From a virus: DNA of 64,000 nucleotides. A program made the translations under genes and the position numbers. The notes under the pieces were generated by a model, which worked only from the letters and a program-made list of their open reading frames with translations, did not search any database and had not been told where the DNA came from. The stretch is taken from IMG/VR virus record IMGVR_UViG_3300045988_155520, positions 224,001 to 288,000 of that record; one strand, 5' to 3'. Positions 57,704-64,000 of this stretch are shown here, in pieces. Within the stretch, counting starts at the first letter, position 1; every line of letters begins with the position of its first letter.

Positions 57704-59851
57704 TTAATTTTTAAATTTATCATACAAATCAATGATACTCATTTCTCCATCGTCTTCTTCCTCAAGGAAATTAACGAAATTCTTTTCCATATCATTACGG
57801 CATATTTTTTCATTAAATAGAGTACCGTCACGCTTACACTTTCTGAATATCTGAGTAATACGTCTAAGGTTCTTTACCATAAGATAATAATTGAACTTTA
57901 CTTTAAATTTGAATCCAGTAGCATCTGTGACTACAACGCCTTCTACCGTATTATTAGTGCCTATATTAGTTCGTAAATAATCCCATAACTCATCATTAGT
58001 ATTAATAATAAATTCGTCTGGCATTCTAAAAGATGTATTTTCTCTTAAGAAATTCTTGAACTTATCTGACTCTTCGGTATATTTTTCACCAAGATTAAGC
58101 ACATTATGGATAATATCCAACAATACTACATCTTCCTTATCATATCTAATAATATGTGGGTCTTCTGTAGGACTAATCACTTCAAACACAGCCGAAGCAT
58201 TCTCTTTCTTAAGAATATTCTTCAACAGGTCTTTATCGTGCTTACTAACAGTTTCGTTAAAAATACGTTCAAAACGTTCAGCAAAAGGACCACTATCGGT
58301 TGTCTTAGATGCAAATACTAACTGATTGTCAACTACTGACATAATACCAAGATATCCATTCTCCTTTATCGTTACTTTTACAGGGAACTTAAGAGTTTCT
58401 TCAAGTTTCTTTCTCTTAGTTGACTTATGTTCGTCAATATTAAAGAACTTGTCATAAGAACGCATCTTTACTTCTCCTGTATTCTTATCAACGAATAAAC
58501 CACGTGCCTTGATAGTAGCAAAGTTCCATTTCTTTCCAATAAATGCATTACGATTAAAGTTGATAGAGTACATATTATGCTTACAACCCTTTACATTAAC
58601 AAGACGACTGTTCATTATCTTCTTAACTTCTGGGTCATCAACCTTATATACTACTTGCTGAAAAGCGTTCATATTCTCAATACTAAACACTTTATTCTCG
58701 TAATTTAATATAGCAGCATATTCTGGAGTTATAGAGAAAACTTTTAAGTTTCCACCAAACTCAACACTATCTTCAAGACAAATGGAATGGTCTGTAGACA
58801 GAGTGTTACGATGACCATGTATCTGTATAAAGTCCTGACACTTTCCAAGTAGATAATTATCTTCATAAATTTTATCTACTTCCATATCATATCCGCCAAC
58901 ACCCTTAATCATATCGTTTGTTGGAATCGTAGTAAGGTTTGGAACAGATGTAAGACCGCCATGTGTTATCAAGTATTTCTGACCGCAGTATGTGAAAGCA
59001 AAGCACTGACGCATACGATAGTAAATCTTCTTTAACTCCTTGCGGACCTGTTCTAAAGGATAAACCTTGGTTATCTCATCAAGTGTCATCTTGAAGTATT
59101 CTGAAGTTATCTCCTCACCGTTAATCAAACGCCAGATATGCTTCTCGTGATTTCCTTCAAGAAGGACCACGTTGTCATCATTATAATGTGACAATAGGAA
59201 CTCATACACTTCTTTATTTTCGATACCACGGTCGAAATAATCACCAACGAATACATATAACACGTCTGGGTTTAAAGAGCCACCAATGGCTTCTAAAAGG
59301 CATGTATGACAACCATGTACATCACCAATAATCTTTACTTCTTTATATTCGGAAGCATCGGTAATGTAATAATTGAGAATATCTTCTACATTAGTAATTT
59401 CCTTAAAACGATTGGATAATTTATTTTCTTGAAGTATACTGTATGCACGACGAATATCAGCATCTGGAACACGTCTAACTGTGTCACGTAGTAAATTACG
59501 TTCCAAACATTCTTCCAAGGTTGCTTCAACGTTATGCTGATAACAATTATAACGATACTTGTCAGCTAATTCTACATACTTAGATACAGCCTTGGATGTC
59601 TTATGAGTAGCATCAATCACTGTGAAATCACCATTACGCATACGATTCTCAAGCATAGTATGTAATGTGTCCCATACCATTTTATCGGAACGTGCGCTAA
59701 TAGTCATGTCTCCTTCCTCATTCATCTTTGGAGAATGAAACATTAAACGTATATCATCGGCTGATAATGTATAATTAGTAAGACCATTTTCCTTAATGAA
59801 AGTAGACTTACCACTGCCCATACAACCTCTTAGAATTAGTAAAGTACGCAT
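57704..59851 (-). CDS. polynucleotide kinase - metallophosphatase - RNA ligase-like fusion (Pnkp-like RNA repair enzyme)
   Basis: 715 aa. Walker A LILRGCMGSGKSTF. Calcineurin-type motifs IGDVHGC, GDYFDRG, LEGNHE, ITHGG, IHGHRN. C-terminal nucleotidyltransferase-like TIKENGYLG (KxxG), EGVVV, KFKVKFNYY. Confidence 0.7.
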   Translation of the reverse strand: MRTLLILRGCMGSGKSTFIKENGLTNYTLSADDIRLMFHSPKMNEEGDMTISARSDKMVWDTLHTMLENRMRNGDFTVIDATHKTSKAVSKYVELADKYRYNCYQHNVEATLEECLERNLLRDTVRRVPDADIRRAYSILQENKLSNRFKEITNVEDILNYYITDASEYKEVKIIGDVHGCHTCLLEAIGGSLNPDVLYVFVGDYFDRGIENKEVYEFLLSHYNDDNVVLLEGNHEKHIWRLINGEEITSEYFKMTLDEITKVYPLEQVRKELKKIYYRMRQCFAFTYCGQKYLITHGGLTSVPNLTTIPTNDMIKGVGGYDMEVDKIYEDNYLLGKCQDFIQIHGHRNTLSTDHSICLEDSVEFGGNLKVFSITPEYAAILNYENKVFSIENMNAFQQVVYKVDDPEVKKIMNSRLVNVKGCKHNMYSINFNRNAFIGKKWNFATIKARGLFVDKNTGEVKMRSYDKFFNIDEHKSTKRKKLEETLKFPVKVTIKENGYLGIMSVVDNQLVFASKTTDSGPFAERFERIFNETVSKHDKDLLKNILKKENASAVFEVISPTEDPHIIRYDKEDVVLLDIIHNVLNLGEKYTEESDKFKNFLRENTSFRMPDEFIINTNDELWDYLRTNIGTNNTVEGVVVTDATGFKFKVKFNYYLMVKNLRRITQIFRKCKRDGTLFNEKICRNDMEKNFVNFLEEEDDGEMSIIDLYDKFKN

Positions 59852-59881
59852 AATTTATTTTTTAATTGTTTATTATGTCTG

Positions 59882-59913
59882 CAAAGTTAATAAATTAATT
59901 TAATATTACAAAA
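59882..59913 (-). promoter_or_regulatory. Bacteroidota-type promoter
   Basis: -7 TAACTTTG (59882-59889), -33 TTTG (59909-59912), 19-nt spacer. No further -7 box seen before the terminator at 55768-55801. Confidence 0.7.
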
Positions 59914-59937
59914 TCAATTTAGTTAAATATATATAAA

Positions 59938-59972
59938 ACAAAAAATAATCCACCAAATGATTAGTGGATTAT
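59938..59972 (-). terminator. rho-independent-like terminator
   Basis: Stem ATAATCCAC (59945-59953) / GTGGATTAT (59964-59972). On the minus strand TTTTTTGTTTT follows. Confidence 0.7.
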
Positions 59973-59981
59973 TATCTATTT

Positions 59982-60512
59982 TCACGAAAATTCAGTACTG
60001 TATGAGAAACGAAGTCCATCGTTAACAAAACTATTATGGTAACTATAATCTCCGTTAGGATAATCTTTTTTCAAAAAGTTGATATAAGTATTTTTATTAC
60101 TATCTCTCCAATAATAATTAGTTGCATCATCCATCTCAACTATATCATTCTTTTTGCTGTCAACCATTTTCCAAAACTCATCAGGAGTAATAGTTGGAGT
60201 CATTGAATCCTCATAGTCTTCGTCTACAATTATATACTCATCTTGACGTATAAATTTATCAATACCTTCTCTTGTTAATGGAAAAGTATAGATAATTTCT
60301 ATACCACCTGTCTCATAATTAAATTGTACTTTGTAATTTGGATTAAAATCAAACTGCCACCCCAAAGAACTCTTACCTAAATGTATCAGATTATTATACA
60401 TATTATTAGTAAGAGTTCTTATCGTACTCACATCATCATTTTTTATTGCTTCTATAAGTTCTTCTTTTCGTACCTTAGAAGGAATCTTCTTCAAATAATA
60501 ATTTACACCCAT
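59982..60512 (-). CDS. hypothetical protein
   Basis: 176-aa ORF. Confidence 0.8.
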   Translation of the reverse strand: MGVNYYLKKIPSKVRKEELIEAIKNDDVSTIRTLTNNMYNNLIHLGKSSLGWQFDFNPNYKVQFNYETGGIEIIYTFPLTREGIDKFIRQDEYIIVDEDYEDSMTPTITPDEFWKMVDSKKNDIVEMDDATNYYWRDSNKNTYINFLKKDYPNGDYSYHNSFVNDGLRFSYSTEFS

Positions 60513-60515
60513 ATC

Positions 60516-60866
60516 TTATCTGATTAATATCTCGGTTTCACTATTTATCACTGGTCTATCAAAAAGATGCTCGGTGAACCATGATTCATAATATTCATCT
60601 ATATTACAATTTGGATTATTAAATTTCCAAGGAATTTTTTCTTCGTCTTCTTTGACACATTCATATTCTAACGTTTCAAAGTAATTGTTTCCTTGCCACA
60701 TAACTCTTTTCCCTTTTGGAAACCATGGTACAATATAGACAAAATGTTCTATTTCATCTTGGTCAAAAGGTTTTCTTCTTTCATCGAAAAGAGTAACTGT
60801 TATGTCTAAATTTAACAAACGTATTGAAAAATCTCTATTTATGGTTAAATCAACATTACTTTTCAT
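60516..60866 (-). CDS. hypothetical protein
   Basis: 116-aa ORF. Confidence 0.8.
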   Translation of the reverse strand: MKSNVDLTINRDFSIRLLNLDITVTLFDERRKPFDQDEIEHFVYIVPWFPKGKRVMWQGNNYFETLEYECVKEDEEKIPWKFNNPNCNIDEYYESWFTEHLFDRPVINSETEILIR

Positions 60867-61647
60867 TTTTACTGAAAATGGATTTTATACGGCCAAAGAA
60901 ACCTTTATTCTTTTTAAAATATTCATTTGATGATAAATCTCGATTGCTACTTAATGTAAAATGATTATTATTACGATGAATGTCATCAGGTGTATTGCTC
61001 TTGTTAGTTTCAGTATATTGTCTAAGAGTATTAATCAATTCATCTGTTGTAGCAGGCATTGTGATAGTTATTGCTGGGTCTTGATGCTTCTCAGCTTTAT
61101 ATTCGGCAACCAACTTGTCTAATGTAAGGTCACAAAATTCATCCTCCCAATCACCTAAATAATAGAATCTATCAGACACAACTTTTCTGTCGGTAAAAAC
61201 ACCAAAGAGAATAGGGTCTTTATCTCTACGTTCTTGTTGTACTTTTCTTTCTGTTGTACCAGTATAATCAGTAAATACTACATAGAACTTATCAAAGATA
61301 TCTTTTGTTTTTGCTACAACTTCCACTATTTCATCTGGTATTTCACGGGTGTAACTTTCTAAATCTTGAATTTTAACAACATCTTTTGTTACATTATCAA
61401 TATAATCTTCGATAACACTACGATAAATAAATTTATCAACGCCAATTTCCAACAACTTTTCTTCCTTCTGCATTACTTCTGCAAGGAACTTAAGTTTTTC
61501 CAAAGATTTAATTTGACCTGTCTTTTTATACTTTTCACTTAAAAAACAGATATTATTAAAAGATTGTTTTAAATTCTCGTTACTAATACTTTCTACATTA
61601 CTTTTTAGCTGTAAAAAGTAATCATGAGGTGTCAATTCTTTTTCCAT
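60856..61647 (-). CDS. hypothetical protein
   Basis: 263-aa ORF with a -7 box at 61674-61681. Confidence 0.85.
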   Translation of the reverse strand: MEKELTPHDYFLQLKSNVESISNENLKQSFNNICFLSEKYKKTGQIKSLEKLKFLAEVMQKEEKLLEIGVDKFIYRSVIEDYIDNVTKDVVKIQDLESYTREIPDEIVEVVAKTKDIFDKFYVVFTDYTGTTERKVQQERRDKDPILFGVFTDRKVVSDRFYYLGDWEDEFCDLTLDKLVAEYKAEKHQDPAITITMPATTDELINTLRQYTETNKSNTPDDIHRNNNHFTLSSNRDLSSNEYFKKNKGFFGRIKSIFSKNEK

Positions 61648-61673
61648 ATCATTTATATATTTAAATTATAGTG

Positions 61674-61681
61674 CAAAGATA
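61674..61681 (-). promoter_or_regulatory. -7 box
   Basis: TATCTTTG on the minus strand, 27 nt upstream of ATG 61647. No clean -33. Confidence 0.5.
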
Positions 61682-61733
61682 ACAAATTATGTTGAATATT
61701 GAGTATTTTTATAGTTAAAAATATATAATTTAA

Positions 61734-61832
61734 TGTGATTACCTTGCGGTATAACTTTACTAACATCCAGTTGACTACAAATTGAAGCCAAGTTACGTTG
61801 TAATTACCTTGCGGTATAATATTTATAACAGT
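61734..61832. repeat. about 95-bp intergenic element with two TTACC-N4-GGTAA palindromes 65 bp apart (copy 2 of 2)
   Basis: ATTACCTTGCGGTATAACTTTACTAACATC (61738-61767) and ATTACCTTGCGGTATAATATTTATAACA (61803-61830). The second unit is preceded by ACGTTGT, as in copy 1. Confidence 0.7.
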
Positions 61833-61919
61833 GGGTCTGTATAAGTGACTGATATATAAGTGTTTATATTGAAAATAAAATTCAAAAAACAGCCTTTATC
61901 AATCAGTTTTACATCTCTT

Positions 61920-63152
61920 CTATTCATTTTTATTTTTAAAATATTCTCTAAAATTGAAAGCGCAATGTTCGTCTGATGTATATTCCATTATATCTCCAAT
62001 TGTATATGTATCTTGGATTGGTTTTGGTAGAACTTTATAAAGAGTATTAAAAGTTTCAGTTGAACTTAAACCTGTGATGTTTTGAAAACACTCTGATATA
62101 TCTGAAATAGAAAGACGATTTGCTTGTGTATAATATTTGTAGTCGTGGACATATCTTCTCTTACGTACTTGGTTCAGATTGCTCTTCGCTTCTTCCATAG
62201 TTTCACCTTTTCCCCAATTATCATTTTCATCAGTTATAACAATGTATTCTTTATTATTGTAAAAATGTCTTACTTTAAACACATTATTATTTTGTTCAAT
62301 TATTTCACTGAAAAACCCATTATAATCATTATTAAAATATTCTTTTCCATTAATTTTCCATGTAACTCCTAAATCTTTTAATACCCACAATTCTCTATTT
62401 TCTCTACTAAAGTGTTCATATTGTGAATTACGTTTAGGTTTGAATAACCAAGGTTTATCTACAATCAATTTACGTGTTGGACACTTAAATAATGATAGGT
62501 CCCGTAAACTTTCGGGAGTTCCTTTTATAGAATCTATAGCAAGAAATTCTTCTGGGAAACGAATCCTATTATTAGGTAAAATTATATTTCTACAGATTAA
62601 TCCATTTTGTAACTCACTTATATTACTCTCTGATAAATCAATCGTATCGTACACAACTAAGTTTTCTGGAAGTTTATTCAAAGTCCCACTTTTTATAATT
62701 AGACTTCCTTTAATAATTAAATTTTTGGGTATTTCTTCAATAGATACATTATCAATAGATAAAGTTCCATTTATTTCGGTCCAGTCAGGTAATACTCTTA
62801 ATGGCAAAAATGATAAATTGACACTTCCGTTTAATTTTAAGTTTGTTGGTAATGAAGTTATATAACAATATGAAATAGTGGTAACTCCGTTAAATGTTGT
62901 ATGCTTACCAATCAATAGAATTTCACAACATTCAATACAAATATCATCTCTCACATATTGGTTATCTGGAAGAAATACTAATCGGCACAACTTGATAGTT
63001 AAACAACCATTGATAGTTAAGTTGTTCGGTAGCCAAACTTCATTTTTATGAGTAATCGTTATATCCCCATCACAAATGAAGCGTTCATCAATATATTGAA
63101 GTTCTTTATTATATTCTTCTTTGAATTTAAGTATAATTTCACTATTCGTCAT
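61920..63152 (-). CDS. LPxNL leucine-rich-repeat protein, divergent third family member
   Basis: 410 aa. LPNNLTINGCLTI, LPTNLKLNGSVNL, IPKNLIIKGSLII, LPENLVVYDTIDL. The C-terminal domain is distantly similar (NNVFKVRHF...NWGKGETMEEAKSNL). Confidence 0.85.
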   Translation of the reverse strand: MTNSEIILKFKEEYNKELQYIDERFICDGDITITHKNEVWLPNNLTINGCLTIKLCRLVFLPDNQYVRDDICIECCEILLIGKHTTFNGVTTISYCYITSLPTNLKLNGSVNLSFLPLRVLPDWTEINGTLSIDNVSIEEIPKNLIIKGSLIIKSGTLNKLPENLVVYDTIDLSESNISELQNGLICRNIILPNNRIRFPEEFLAIDSIKGTPESLRDLSLFKCPTRKLIVDKPWLFKPKRNSQYEHFSRENRELWVLKDLGVTWKINGKEYFNNDYNGFFSEIIEQNNNVFKVRHFYNNKEYIVITDENDNWGKGETMEEAKSNLNQVRKRRYVHDYKYYTQANRLSISDISECFQNITGLSSTETFNTLYKVLPKPIQDTYTIGDIMEYTSDEHCAFNFREYFKNKNE

Positions 63153-63157
63153 ACTCT

Positions 63158-63454
63158 TTAATATAAATCTTCAGAAAACAAACGTTTAACTTGCTCTCTT
63201 ATTTGACCTGACTCGTATGCCATTTTAGCTGCTTTCTCTCTATTTACAAAACGTCCACAAGATGTGATAAACCCTTGTATAGTTTTATATTCTTTCTCAT
63301 CATTTCTATGTTTATTATTAGTAGGAAAAACACCAATAATATTATAATGTCTGAAACCGCAGATAACAAACCCACTATCCACACCGTAAATTTCTTGATG
63401 TGGATAGCGCTTTCCGTCATCATACCAAATAGCAGCGCAAAGTATTGTCTCCAT
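63158..63454 (-). CDS. hypothetical protein
   Basis: 98-aa ORF. Confidence 0.8.
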   Translation of the reverse strand: METILCAAIWYDDGKRYPHQEIYGVDSGFVICGFRHYNIIGVFPTNNKHRNDEKEYKTIQGFITSCGRFVNREKAAKMAYESGQIREQVKRLFSEDLY

Positions 63455-63609
63455 TACAACAAGTTGTACGCTTTACATAAAATTTCTGCATCTTCTTTAT
63501 ACTGTTTTAGCACATCTTCAGGAATATCTATTGGGCTCTTACCTTTTCTAATTGCCCACGAACTCACAAAGTGTAAAGTTGCAATGAAAATTTGTTGTTC
63601 TTGTGTCAT
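63454..63609 (-). CDS. small hypothetical protein (51 aa)
   Basis: Hand-translated MTQEQQIFIATLHFVSSWAIRKGKSPIDIPEDVLKQYKEDAEILCKAYNLL. TAATG overlap with the next start. Confidence 0.5.
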   Translation of the reverse strand: MTQEQQIFIATLHFVSSWAIRKGKSPIDIPEDVLKQYKEDAEILCKAYNLL

Positions 63610-63630
63610 ATATTATCTTATTTTTATTTT

Positions 63631-63978
63631 TTAACATGTAAAATAAACGCAAAAGAATCTATCCATTCGAAGACCAGTATCTAATGGAAGAAGCAAATAT
63701 CCATAATAGCTATCTTCCCATTGAGTTCTTTGATATACTCCCATGCCATCTTGGTACTCGAAAAGTACATCCTCAAGTTTATCATTTGCTTCCAAATCTT
63801 TTTTTGAAATTCTAAAGCATAAACGATTATCCTTGATTACATGATTTACATTCACATATCCAAGAGAATAGAGGGTATCAATATTGTCAGAACTAATCAT
63901 GTCACATAAAGCCATGATATCGAATGTTATATGATGTTCTGAGAGAAATCGGATAACTTCCTTGTATACACCCATCAT
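63631..63978 (-). CDS. hypothetical protein
   Basis: 115-aa ORF. Confidence 0.8.
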   Translation of the reverse strand: MMGVYKEVIRFLSEHHITFDIMALCDMISSDNIDTLYSLGYVNVNHVIKDNRLCFRISKKDLEANDKLEDVLFEYQDGMGVYQRTQWEDSYYGYLLLPLDTGLRMDRFFCVYFTC

Positions 63979-64000
63979 GTCTTTTTCAGTACTGGTATAA

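Noticed and set aside
34306-63152. A diversity-generating retroelement acting on the LRR or C-terminal domains.
   Set aside because: There is no reverse transcriptase ORF in the window, and no template-repeat / variable-repeat pair with adenine-specific differences. The similarity between copies is ordinary paralogy.

Overview
AT-rich, very gene-dense window that reads like the accessory or early region of a large tailed phage or prophage of a Bacteroidota host. I support about 110 mostly small ORFs in three transcription blocks: minus strand 1-7.9 kb, plus strand 8.1-15.2 kb, minus strand 16.5-64 kb. There are more than 20 canonical Bacteroidota promoters (-33 TTTG, 19-20 nt spacer, -7 TAnnTTTG) and many hairpin plus T-run terminators. 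I recognised no virion, replication, rRNA, canonical tRNA or CRISPR features. Recognisable genes: two TnpB-family RuvC nucleases, a kinase-phosphatase-ligase (Pnkp-like) RNA repair fusion, an RlmN/Cfr-like radical SAM enzyme, two orphan DNA methyltransferases, four YopX, two ASCH, several DUF551-like proteins, a P-loop ATPase, a PD-(D/E)xK (MmcB-like) nuclease, a Panacea/DUF4065-like protein, a BspA-type LRR protein, and three large LPxNLTV-repeat proteins. Paralogy is extreme, with tandem and dispersed families. Main second-look items: (1) a zinc-finger-less TnpB whose 3' end plus downstream tail recurs 20 kb away as an orphan omega-RNA-like copy with a different 3' flank and a compensatory stem change; (2) three ORFs broken exactly at rare poly-G runs (G9, G6, G6); (3) a canonical promoter driving a roughly 275-nt noncoding transcript that carries a defective tRNA-like cloverleaf; (4) 17-bp iteron-like repeats and a six-copy TACTTA-N2-TAAGTA palindrome cluster flanking the plus-strand block; (5) a second, canonical TnpB-like nuclease co-transcribed with the RNA repair enzyme. 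All functional calls come from motif reading by eye, with no database search.
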